DNA of 64,000 nucleotides, taken from assembly GCF_030028105.1 (NCBI RefSeq), contig NC_092386.1, forward strand, positions 43,206,347-43,270,346. The letters run 5' to 3'. A model generated the notes under the pieces. That model worked only from the letters and a program-made list of their open reading frames with translations, searched no databases and was not told where the DNA came from. The position numbers and the translations under genes are program-made. Shown here in pieces: positions 35,106 through 46,692 of this stretch. The first letter of the stretch is position 1. Every line of letters begins with the position of its first letter. The DNA is from Mobula birostris. Taxonomy: Eukaryota.

Positions 35106-35519
35106 TCATAGCCAGGAAAACACTAGATCCTTTTGCAGTCACTTTGTTGCTTCCACTGACTTTGTGCATGATGGGTCTCTGTTTTAGTTAATGGGCTGGA
35201 ACTTCTGTCCTTCTGATCAGCAGCCACTCTTTAAACAACAGACCTTCTTTCAGGCTTGAAAATAGTTGGGCTGGTGAACCCTTTGCCAGGTCTGAGTTGA
35301 TGCCCTCTTGGCTATCCATGTGCAGCCAATATGGGTGCTTAGCTGGGAGTGAAGAACCTCCATGCACTTACGATGATGGGCAACATCTATTGACAGTGAT
35401 CCAGGTGCGAACTTAAGCAGTACTTAGGCTTTAAAAAAGGAAGGATGTGCTCTAATGTACAGGCTAGTTTACTTGTATCAGAGCATATTCTTATTGAATT
35501 CCTACAATTTTCTTGTACT

Positions 35520-35780
35520 TCCCTGAAACTCACTCTGGGGAAAGTTGCATGAATGTTCCTGGCCACTGGACAGAGAAAAAGATTCAAGAATGTGCTCAAA
35601 GCAACTGTGAAGAAATGCAACAACCCCTTGAATCCAGTGAACCTCTGGCCTGTGACCAAAGTGGAGAAGCAGCATTCGGGATGAAACTGATAGCCAACAT
35701 CCTACTTACAAATAGGAAACCGACTGACACACCACTACCACACATGAGTACCATGAACCCTTGGAATTTTATCACACTCA
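35520..35780 (+). mobile_element. Old RTE LINE C-terminal fragment
   Basis: TGQRKRFKNVLKATVKKCN resembles the RTE GGQRKRFKDxLK motif. Confidence 0.55.
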
Positions 35781-37374
35781 ACACCTAGTGCACCTTTGCT
35801 CACTGTCCTCAGATTGGAATGCCACCACAGTAGGGGAAATATAAGGTCTCTATTATATGCAAGAGTGCACTAGTGCAGCAGAACTGAACTCAACCTTATT
35901 ATGTCTACATCCCTGCTTTGTTTGAACCACAACAGTAACATTTCCTTTGTTAGCAACAATAATACTGCACCTTGACAGAACTCTTAAAAAAAACTTAACT
36001 TAGAAAATGGATCAACTTTTATAAATACACATTGAGCTGAGAGGTATTTATCTGGTGATGAATGTACATATATTTACAAAATGATAAAATTAAAAATATT
36101 ACAAAATCTCAAGATCAAATAGGTGACAAAAGGTCTCCTCACCAGCTTTCTTTGCACTAAGTTATGTACTTCTCAGTTCTCTTATGCTTCTTTAAGGTTA
36201 TGCAATAACAGACTTCATTATAAAGCATCCTATTGCTTTTCATATTTAATAGATCAATAAATGGTCATAAAGCAATAGTAAATAAGAAAAATTATAATCT
36301 TTCCTTGGCTTTCAAGGTGCAATCCATCACTTATGACAACTTCTATAATTATTTTTTTCTTTGATCTCCCAACAATGTATTGCTGTTTATAATCAGTTAA
36401 ACAGCTATTTTTGAATTATTTCTCCTGTTTGTCTCTAGGCATGCAGATTGCCAAGCCAAAAAAACTCTGGAGTATTTATTTTCCAAGATTTCTTTTGGAT
36501 TAACTCCAACTGAATTCATATCCTCAATGTTAAGTCACATGGTGTAACCTGGCAACCAACTTTTATGCAAGATTGAATCACTTTCTTAAATGAATTGCCA
36601 ATATTTAAACCAGATCTTTATCAAAATATAGAAATAAAACAACTTCTTGGTTGTCTAGTTGAATTGACAATCTATGTTAGTTATTATTACGATATAATAA
36701 ACTCCAACTTTTGGATTGGTAATAATTTTAATTCGTATTGGACTCATTTTTAAATTTAGAAGTCTTCAATTCCCCCAACAAAGTGAAACATTATTTATTT
36801 CACTTATAGAGAATGAGTAACAATTTCATCCAAGCAATCAATCTTTCAAAGTCGTCATAACTAATAAATTGTTGTGTTATTCAAACTTTGTAACATGATC
36901 GTTAACTATAACCAGAAACAAAAGAAGACGAGACTTAGCTTCTCAAAGTGCATGACCCAGAATCATTGCCTAATTTGCAACAGCAACCTTTAGATTCCTG
37001 GTCATATAAAAACACAGGTGGGTTGGATACCATTAACTCCCGAGCTAATTTCCATGAGTGGCACTAGTTTCCATTCAGATCCTATCTAGTAAAGATTAAG
37101 CAACTCTTAGTTAAGCTGAACACTGTTTGGAAATACTTAATTAAAGAAAACCAAACACAAATGTAAACTATAAACTTGATTGAAAGAGGCCTCAGTTGCA
37201 AAGGTTGATAATTTCCAAAATATAAAGAAAAATGTTCTAAGGTACAGTATTTGTTTTCAACCTGAGTGTTTTAGATTAGGACTTGGGTTCAGTTACTTTG
37301 GCTAGCAGTCTGTGTACCTTAGTTTCAGCAAACTGTTGTTATCCTTGTTTTGTTAGAATGAAACAATGGAACAA

Positions 37375-37712
37375 ATCTGTGAACACAAGAGCAGGGGTCG
37401 GCCGGTCTGCCCCTTAGCATGCTCACTCACTCAATAATATCACAGCCGTATCAGTCCTGCTCTCGCCACCATTTCCCTGCTCCCTTGCCATATGCCATGA
37501 TTTTCTTGCCATCTGTCAGGCTACACTTTGAATACATTTAGTGAGTCCACACTCACAGCTCTCTGGGGTACAGAATTCCAAAGATTGACAACACCAAGAG
37601 AAGAAACTCCACCTTATTCCCAACCCCTTATTCCAAAATTATGTGTATTAGCTGTAGAAAACCCATCTAGAGAAATATCTTCTCAGCATCCATTCTGTCA
37701 ATTCCCCTGAGA
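37375..37712 (-). mobile_element. Old CR1 3' fragment
   Basis: cacagctctctggggtacagaattccaaagatt..., typical antisense CR1 3' end. Confidence 0.6.
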
Positions 37713-38223
37713 AAGATGAAGTAAAAACATAAGTGTTGGAAACACTCAGGAAGTCAGGCAGCATCTGCAGAAAGAGAAACAATTTGTTCTTTCTAATTCT
37801 GTTATTCATAATAGTCTAAAAAAATTTTTCAGTCTTAATTCTGTCATTCTCATTTCATACAACCTCGACAGCTTTTTTGGCAGGCTTGTGTTCCACCCTT
37901 TAGAAGAGCTTTTTGAGATCTGCTCTGAGAAGCCCAACTCTTACCGCTTTGTTTTATAGTCTTGCCCCATAGTGAACAATCTCTCTCTATTTTCACTCTG
38001 TTAATCTTCTCAAAGGAACAGACTTGTATCGTCACAATGTAATTGCATAGTTTATGCACTCAATACTTTTGCAATTTTCTGCTGGACTCAGTGGTCAGAT
38101 TTTTCATTGTTTGATATCCAACTTGCCTTTAGCATATTTCGGCATATTTTAATGCACAGGCATAGAAATAAGAGAGAGGGTGTTAAGAAAGAGGGGAGTC
38201 ATTGATGCTTTCCTACAGAACCT

Positions 38224-39155
38224 GGACCTGGATGAGGAATTGGAGGGATGGGTTAGTAAATTTGTTGATGATACGAAGGTTGGGGGTGTTGTGGATAGTG
38301 TGGAGGGCTGTCAGAGGTTACAACGGGACATTGATAGGATGCAAAACTGGGCTGAGAAGTGGCAGATGGAGTTCAACCCAGATAAGTGGGAGGTGGTTCA
38401 TTTTGGTAGGTCGAATATGATGGCAGAATATAGCATTAATGGTAAGACTCTTGGCAGTGTGGAGGATCAGAGGGATCTTGGGGTCCAAGTCCATAGGACA
38501 CTCAAAGCTGCTACGCAGGTTGACTTTGTGGTTAAGAAGGCATACGGTGCATTAGCCTTCATCAATCGTGGGATTGAGTTTAAGAGCCAAGAAGTAATGT
38601 TGCAGCTATATCAGACCCTGGTCAAACCCCACTTGGAGTACTGTGCTCAATTCTGGTCGCCTCACTATAGGAAGGATGTGGAAACCACAGAAAGGGTGCA
38701 GAGGAGATTTACAAGGATGTTGCCTGGATTGGGGAGCATGCCTTATGAGAATAGGTTGAGTGAATTCGGCCTTTTCTCCTTGGAGCAATGGAGGATGAGA
38801 GGTGACCTGATAGAGGTGTACGACATAATGAGAGGTATTGATCGTGTGGATAGTCAGAGGCTCCTCCCCAGGGCTGAAATGGCTAGCACAAGAGGGCATA
38901 GTTTTAAGGTGCTTGGAAGTAGGTACAGAGAGGACGTCAGGGGTGAGTTTTTTTTATGCAGAGAGCGGTGAGTGCATTGAATAGGCTGCTGGTGGAAACA
39001 ATGGGGTCTTTTAAGAGATTCCTGGATGGCTACATGGAGCTTAGAAAAATAGAGGGCTATGGGTAAAGCCTAGGTAGTTCTAAGGTAAGGACATGTTCGG
39101 CACAGCTTTGTGGGCCGAAGGGCCTGTATTGTGCTGTATGTTTTCTATGTTTCTA
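38224..39155 (+). mobile_element. 5'-truncated CR1/HER1 LINE
   Basis: ORF 38180-38971 WVSKFVDDTKVGG..LQLYQTLVKPHLEYCAQFWSP; (ttctatgt) terminus. Confidence 0.93.
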
Positions 39156-39814
39156 GAACCATGTATTGTGATTTGGCCCTTCATAGTTTTGTATGATTAA
39201 TGGCAAGAATTTTAAAATCTCCCAAATGCAATCATTCTTCTCTTCTCTGTACCTGGCTTGCCAATGAATCCAATCAGCTGATTGCCTGCATAGGCCCAGG
39301 AGGTGCTGCCATTAAATGAGCTGGTAGCAAATGCCCATTGAGAGTCTGTAGACAAATAAAAGTCTTCTTGCTCAAAGTAAAATTTCTCCAAATGCACATT
39401 TGTCATTACCAAACATAGCAAACTGACATATTTTTGACTTTCCTGATATCTGGCTTTTTCCCCCCAGGGTTAGTTTAAATTACAGACAATATAATCTTTT
39501 ATTCAAACAAATTTTCCAGGTTACTGGTCATTGAAGCATAAATTATCTTGAGAGGAAAAATAAATCAATGAATTCTGTGAGTGATTAGAAACAAGTCATA
39601 GATGGTATCTTGAGGTATTTAAAGGTATTGAAAAGTATTTAATGTAAAGGCATCTGTTTTCGAGGATTGGAAGAAGACCACACACCAGAAAAGAGAATGA
39701 AATTTGAGGTTTGCTATTATAATGAGGAGGAACCAGTTTATGACAGAATTAATCTAAAGGTTTTATTTCTAGATACTGTGGAGTCACAAGCTCAAGCATA
39801 GGACTTAACTTAAT

Positions 39815-39941
39815 CACAAAATAATCTGCAGATGCTGGGGTCAAAGCAATACTCACAGCACGATGGAGGAACTCAGCAGGTCGGGCAGCATCTGTGGAAA
39901 TGATGAGTTGACGTTTCAGGCCGGAACCCTTCGTCAGGACT
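39815..39941 (-). mobile_element. Miniature PLE-derived element with hammerhead motif, 15-bp TSD
   Basis: TSD AGGACTTAACTTAAT at 39800-39814 and 39936-39950; rc agtcCTGACGAagggttccggcctGAAACGTC. Confidence 0.85.
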
Positions 39942-40176
39942 TAACTTAATAGCATCTATCAATAAAACTTCATTCTTTCTTAAGACCATAAGACATAGGA
40001 GCAGAATTAGACCCATCGAGTCTGCTCCACTATTCAATCATGACTGATCCTTTTTTTTCCATCTCCTCCTCAACCTCAGTTCCCGACCTTCTCCTCATAA
40101 CCTTTGATGCCATGTCCAATCAAGAACCTATCAATCTCTGCCTTAAGTACACCCAACAACCTGGCCTCCACAGCTG

Positions 40177-41489
40177 CAGACATCCCACCCTGCAAAAACT
40201 CATTTCAGGGAGGTAGCACCCCTGCCCCCCGCAACTCCATATCCCTCCGCACCCCCCCCTCCCCCACTGTCGACCTCCAAGGGTGTATGTAATACTTTGT
40301 TTAGTGATTTTGTCTAATCTGTAAACCAAGTTGGGTATATGCAGCAAATGTGACATTAAAATATGTACTTATATTATCATGTTTATTCTATTACAACTTT
40401 AAGCAAGTCTACAGGGAGTTTGGCCTCATCACGTAGGACATCAATAGTGTAGCTCCTTAGCAGCTAGCCAGCTAGTTTAAACAACGTTAGCTATGCTGTA
40501 ATGACACCTGTTAAACTCACCTCAACATGTCTTTTACATTTTAACCCACCATGGGCAATAGAAAAGTCACTGTTGCAAACAGTGCAGCGAGCAACACTAT
40601 CACTATTTTTGAGGTCAACTGTAAAGCCTGCCCACAGAGAAAACTGATAGGTCTACTTAGCAGGGGTCCCCAACATTTTTTGCACCGCAGACCAGTTTAA
40701 TATTGACAATATTCTTGCGGACTGGCCGACGGGGGGGTTGTTAGTCACGACCGGAATATAGGTGATGTCAATAGCATCATAACATTTTAAGTAACATTTG
40801 GATATTAAACACACAGCGCATATTTTCCCCATATGAACATATAAAATCATTGCAACACGTCAATATCGCTGAATCAGTGCGAGCCCTGGGCTTGTTTTCC
40901 TGCAACAACACGGTCCTATTGAGGGGTGATGGAAGACATCGATACTCGAAGGGGGTTCCTTATGTCCAGTCTATTCCGCAATTTAGTTTTCGTTGCATTC
41001 ATTGCAGAAAATTCCGCTTCGCAGCGATATGATGTTGGAAATGGAAGCAATGTTTTCAGCGCTTTCGTGGCTATCTCAGAATATTTAGCCTTGACTTTGA
41101 TCCAGAATGCCGGCAGAGATGTTATGTCAAACAAACTTTTCAGCCCGCCGTCATTTACAAACTCGAGGAGTTGATCTTCTTCCCACGCTGACATGGATGA
41201 CGCGTGCGTAATGACCTTGCGTGCGTTCAAGTTCAACAGTGCATGACAGGGAATGAGGAAAGGTGCAAATGACTCATATCATTTCATATCGCCAAATCAT
41301 ATTGTTTCCTCACGGCCCGGTGGTTGGGGACCACTCTTAGCACGAAGAGAGACCAATCAGGATGCTCGCTCTCCCTCTCCCTCTCAAAAAAATCTATTTC
41401 CGGGATATTGTATATAATTTCCGGGTGTCAGGGAACCGCTATCGATATGCGGGAGACTCCTGGATCTTCCGGGAGAGGTGGGATGTCTG
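40177..41489. mobile_element. Non-autonomous DNA transposon, 13-bp TIR, 6-bp TSD
   Basis: TIR CAGACATCCCACC (40177-40189) / GGTGGGATGTCTG (41477-41489); TSD CAGCTG (40171-40176, 41490-41495). Confidence 0.88.
40661..41335 (-). mobile_element. hAT (Charlie-type) deletion derivative nested in the DNA transposon
   Basis: TIR CAGGGGTCCCCAAC / GGTTGGGGACCACT; partial TSD (CTA)CTTAG; hAT dimerisation domain FWIKVKAKYSEIATKALKTLLPFPTSYRCEAEFS..KTKLRNRL. Confidence 0.88.
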
Positions 41490-43174
41490 CAGCTGCATGT
41501 GGCAACAAATTCCACAAATTCACCACCCTTTGGCTAAAGATATTTCTCCACATCTCTGTTTTGAAAGGGTGTCCCTCTGTCCTGAGGCTGTGCCCTCTTG
41601 TCCTAGACTCCCCACCATGGGAAACATCCTTTCCACATCTACCCTGCCTAGGCGTTTCAACATTGGAAAGGTTTCAATGAGATCCCGCTTCACCCTTCTG
41701 AATTCCAGCGAGAAGAGACCCAGAGCCATCAAACATTCCTTGTATGATAACCTTTTCATTTCTGGTATCATCTTTGTGAACCTCTTCTGGACCCTCTCCA
41801 ATGCCAGCACATCTTTTCTAAGAAGAGGGGCCCAAAACTGTTCACAATACTCAAGGTGAGGCCTCACCAGTCGCTTATAAAGCCTCAGCATCACATCCAT
41901 GTTCTTGTATTCTAAAGCTCTTGAAATGAATGCTAACATGGCATTTGCCTTCCTCACCACTGTCTCAACCTGCAAGTTAACCTTCAGGGTGTTCTACACA
42001 AAGACTCCCAAGTCTCTCTGCATCTCAGATTCCTGGATTTTCTCCCCGTTTAGAAAATATTCCGTACATTTATTTCTACTACTAAAGTGCATGACCATGC
42101 ATTTTCCAACATTATATTTCATTTGCCACTTTCTTGCCCAGACTCCTAATCTATCTAAATCCTTCTGCACCCTACCTGTTTCCTCAACATTACCTGCCCC
42201 TCCACCAATCTCCATATCAACAAAGCCATCTATTCCATCATCTAAATCATTAATATACTGCATGACTCAGTCACTTAAATCAACATCTCTTTGGTCAAGA
42301 TCAAATTATCATACTTTAAATCAGCTGTAGCTGTCCGGACACACGCTGATAACCTTTAATGCTAAACCCTGGTCTCAGTAGGAATATAATCCGTATGCAG
42401 GACTCAGGAAGGTGCTCAGCTATGTGCATGTTTGTCAACAACTCTGCTTCACTTTGAGGTGACAAGAAAGAAAATGCCAGAGATTGTCACAGAGGAGCAA
42501 TCATCCTCAGTACTTTTTCTTAGAGAGTCAAAATACAGTCTAAACACTTGTTCAGTGGTGTAAAACTAGTTTGAACTCACAGTGCATTGTTTGGAGGATT
42601 GGTAAAAATTAGTCCCGTTAGTACTATAAAAGGCAATGATCTAAGAGAACTCTGGATATTAGAAGTTCCTGTTACTACCCTGCTCTTGTTTTTGTCAATG
42701 ACCTCTCTAAGGCCACGTGAAGACTCTGCCCCTTTAAGATTATGAACATCCAAGAGTTACACTGAAACCTGATGAATCTGAATCCCAGCCATTTTGCTAA
42801 ACAGCACCTGGTGTAACAACAAACATATGCAAGAAGTCTGAGAACTTTTGGCTGCAACAATACCAGAAATATGTAGCAGTCAATCAGCAATAGAGAAAGA
42901 TATGTTCAGTGTAGCTGCAGGCTCTACATGGCCCTAAAGATAGACACAGACAATAACCAGCATTTTCACTTTTTCAACTCGAACATCTACTATTTCACTT
43001 CAGATTGCAGCTTTTGCACTTTATTTTAACTTCTTAATTTTACTCTTGTTAGGAGATGTCAAGACTGCTTTTGATATAGCATTATTATTTGAGAAACGCT
43101 GGCAAATCATTTCTATGGAATATACAGAGTGTTTGCAACATATCCTTCTGGGCACAATGACCTATAATGAAATA

Positions 43175-43638
43175 CACTTGTTGGCCACTTTATTAGGTAC
43201 AGGAGGTCTTCTGGTCTTTTGCTGCTGTAGCCCATCCACTTCAAGGTTCAATGTGTTGTGCATTCAAAGATGCTCTTCTGTGCACCTCTGGCCATTCTCC
43301 TCTGATCAGTCTCATTAAAAGAGGGTTTTTGCCCGCCCACTGGATTTTTGTTTGTTTTTCGCATCATTCACTGTAAACTCTAGAGGCTGTTGTGTGTAAA
43401 AATCCCAGGAAATTAGCAGTTTCTGAGATACCCAAACCACACCGTCTGTCACCAACAATCATTCCGTGGTCAAAGTCACTTAGATCACATTATTTCCCCA
43501 TTCTGATGTTTGATCTGAACACAACCAAATTTCTTGATCATGTCTAGCTACTTTTTGCATGGAGTTCCTGTCACATGATTGGCTGATTTGATACTTGCGT
43601 TAACGAGGAGGTATAAAGTGTACCTTATAAAGTGGCCC
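43175..43638. mobile_element. Tc1-like MITE
   Basis: Inverted termini ggccactttattaggtac / gtaccttataaagtggcc; TA at the left flank. Confidence 0.7.
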
Positions 43639-43659
43639 TATATATGATGCATGCTGTCC

Positions 43660-43892
43660 TCTAATAACAATTAGGAAATAATAAGTAGTCTTATAGTACG
43701 GCAGAGGTATTGGTTGTGTTCTAAATTGTTCTGTATTTCATTAAAATACATAAACTGCTACTCAGTTAAACAGTAGTCTGTCTTTTTTATACTTTTAAAC
43801 TATTTCCATGAAATTTTGGTTAATTGGGACAGCCGCTTAATTGGACCAAAATGTACTTGTCCTGATGTGTCCCAATTAACTGGAATCCACTA
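43660..43892 (-). mobile_element. Partial pogo/Tigger-like MITE
   Basis: Reverse complement is homologous to 44198-44430. Confidence 0.7.
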
Positions 43893-44197
43893 TGGAGAGC
43901 CAAAAAAAACTTACTGCTTTTCATTTATTAACCAATTAGTAATTTGAACAGTCACTCTGGCATTAGGTTATGAGGACACTGTCTTAAGTATTAAATTTCT
44001 TGTTACAGGATAAAGGCAGTTCATGATGCAGGTATTTGTTAATAATTAGAAAGAAAAGTAGGCTGGTGAAAAAGGAAGAGTGACAAGCCCATTATTCTCA
44101 TGTGTTGGACTTCACACTAAAATCAGTTATGATTAATCTGTGTAACAAATTTGATCAAAATATACCAGAATAAGCACTATTGAGAAGCAGTCAAATA

Positions 44198-45232
44198 CAG
44201 TGGGTTATGGTTAATTGTAATACATCGGAACCGGTACACTTTGACCTAATTAAGTGGCTGCCCCAGTTAGCGGAAGTTTCATGGAAATAATTAAAAGATT
44301 TAAAAAAGACAAACTACCGTTTAACTGAGTAACAATTTATGTATTTAAATGAAATACAAAACAAATTAGACCTCTGCCAATATCTCTATGGTACTATAAA
44401 ATTGTCTATTTGTTCCTAATAGTTATTGATGGAAGAATTCATCTGATATTCGCAATGAACAAAATAAATGTAGACACCTAGTGCAGATAATGAGTTGTCT
44501 TTCTACAATGCTATTGATGTTTGCATCCTCCACATCTCCATTGTCATTGTAACATTCAAGATGATCGTTAATACCTTCAACCTTTTTTGTAGTTCCTAAT
44601 TTGCTGAAGCCTTCAAATTACTTAATTTTCACTCCTAATGATTTCTGGCATCTTCAAGCCTGTATGCTTGAAACCACAATGAACAAAACAGTCCTGAATT
44701 GTCTTACTGCTTATTTTTCCCTAACTATCAGTGATAAAAATCAAGCAACACACATCAAAGTTACTGGTGAACGCAGCAGGCCAGGCAGCATCTCTAGGAA
44801 GAGGTACAGTCAACGTTTCAGGCCGAGACCCTTCGTCAGGAAGGGTCTAGGCCTGAAACGTCGACTGTACCTCTTCCTAGAGATGCTGCCTGGCCTGCTG
44901 CGTTCACCAGCAACTTTGATGTGTGTTGCTTGAATTTCCAGCATCTGCAGAATTCCTGTTGTTTGCAGTGATAAAAATCACTTCTTTTTGAACACAAGCA
45001 CATGCAACTGGCGCTATTTAAAAATTGATCGTTGTAAGCACGGTGTAGTGTCTAAAGGCCACTGGTTAAAAACTGTTTGGCAACAGTCTTCTGTCCCAAT
45101 TAAATGGAAAAGCATTGCAAATAAGCTAAGGAGATCCCAGCTATTTTCTTGATTTAGTTTTTCTTCTTTAAGAGTTGTCCCAAATAAGCAGCTGCCCTGG
45201 TAACAGAAGGCCCAATTAACCAGAATACACTG
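44198..45232 (+). mobile_element. pogo/Tigger-like MITE hosting a PLE palindrome
   Basis: TA + CAGTGGGTTATGGTTAATTG ... CAATTAACCAGAATACACTG imperfect TIRs. Confidence 0.7.
44744..44965 (+). mobile_element. Fold-back miniature PLE-derived element, 15-bp TSD
   Basis: Arms 44741-44833 / 44841-44933, 7-nt loop, 35-nt tail; TSD CAGTGATAAAAATCA (44729-44743, 44966-44980). Confidence 0.9.
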
Positions 45233-46580
45233 AGTGGATAGGTACAAGTTAATGGTGACATTTTGTCCATCAGTCAGCCTGTAACAGGAAGCATACTGGC
45301 TATGTAAATAGTTAATAAAGTGCATTCATCTCTAATTAATGCATACTTTTGAATAATCTACTGCTTGATCAAAGACCGAGCTCTGGAATGTAAATTTAAG
45401 TAATTTTCTGTCTCTAGTCTTATTCAGAAAATTCTCCTTCTAGTACTCTCTTTGTTTTCAGCTGTTTTTCTGCACAAACCTGGTTCAACTAATCCTAGAA
45501 TTCTTTTAGATTTGTTCTTAAAGCTTCAGTTTTATGTTTGGCAAATAGTCTGTGTTAAAAGGATAGGAACATGAAGGGATCTAAATTGAGTTTCCATCAG
45601 ATCCACAGAAGCAGATCTTAGTCAGAAATCCAAAAGTGAACTCAGATTCATTTAAAATTCAACATATTATGTCTTAGGAAATAGTATTCAAATAGTAATT
45701 TGTAGCTTTAGCAAAATACCTTAATAATTTTATCAGATTGAGGGAACAGTACTTTAAAGTTCAGAAAGTTTAGGAAGTATGTTGTTCCAGACATAGGATT
45801 CTGTAAATACGGAATTCTTGAAGCTCAGTTAATTAAATTAGGGAAGACAAGGATAAGCAGGATCACCTACAATATTGTTAGCTATCTTGCCCCAGCTACC
45901 CTAATCAAGATGGTAGTTGAGAACAACCCATCATCTATGATAGAAATGCAATTATGACTTTGGAATTTTGGAAGATATAACCCCAAAAAAGGCTAAAAAA
46001 GACTTCAAATCAATTGAATGTGACTGTACAGAAAAGGAGATTATGTATTTCCCTCTCAATTCGCTCTTTTGCCTTTCTGAAGTGCATTTTTACTGTACAT
46101 GGGCTTGTGCTTCACTGGAGAATATCAGTGTGTGCAGTGCTGAATGAGGGAGCAATAGTTGCTCAGTCTGGGGTGTCCGACATTATTGTTTTCTGGAACC
46201 AGGGTAGACATTGGTTCAAGCTGTAGCTCTGTTGTTATATTGTCATCATGATTAATAACATCATTTTCTATTCCTTATTCATCCAATCGTTCAGCCTACC
46301 AAAGCACAAGGTGCTTTAGCTCAAAGCCCGTTTGCTCCGTATAGAACATAGAATAGGATAGCACAGTACAAAACCTTCAGCCCGCATTGTTGCTTGACAT
46401 TTAAACCTATACCAAGATCATTCTAATTCTTTCCTCCCCCTTTATTTCTCTTTCATCCATGTGTCTATTTAAGAGTCTCTTAAAAGTCTGTAATGTAACT
46501 GCATCTAGCACCACCCATAGGAGCATATTCCATGTGCCATTACGCCCTGTGTAGAAAACCTATATTCCCTTACTCACTCT

Positions 46581-46692
46581 TCCTTCAGTTAGTCCTGACG
46601 AAGGGTCTCGGCCTGAAACGTTGACTGCACCTCTTCCTAGAGATGCTGCCTGGCCTGCTGCGTTCACCAGCAACTTTTATGTGTGTTGCTTG
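46581..46692 (+). mobile_element. PLE pLTR monomer
   Basis: Near-identical to the right arms at 44.9 and 63.8 kb; ends at GTGTGTTGCTTG. Confidence 0.85.
46591..46626 (+). ncRNA. Minimal type-I hammerhead ribozyme motif
   Basis: AGUC-CUGACGA-AGG(GUCUCGG)CCU-GAAAC-GUU/GACU: stem I AGUC:GACU, stem II AGG:CCU, self-complementary AACGUU in place of stem III. Confidence 0.7.

Larger units (their letters stand above)
39984..42260 (-). mobile_element. CR1 3' fragment split by a DNA transposon
   Basis: YINDLDDGIDGFV, LYKRLVRPHLEYCEQFWAP; sequence rejoins across 40171/41495. Confidence 0.9.

Noticed and set aside
38217-39160. AGAACC as TSD of the CR1 copy
   Set aside because: Only 6 bp and overlaps the element's terminal repeat; may be chance
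40916-41236. ZBED/SCAND3-like host gene
   Set aside because: Only the hAT C-terminal domain, lying between TIRs of a nested transposon
44741-44933. Palindromes at 44.8 and 63.7 kb as MITEs or pre-miRNA genes
   Set aside because: Asymmetric 35-nt tail, 13-15 bp TSDs, monomeric relatives and a hammerhead core point to PLE origin rather than TIR transposons or miRNA loci
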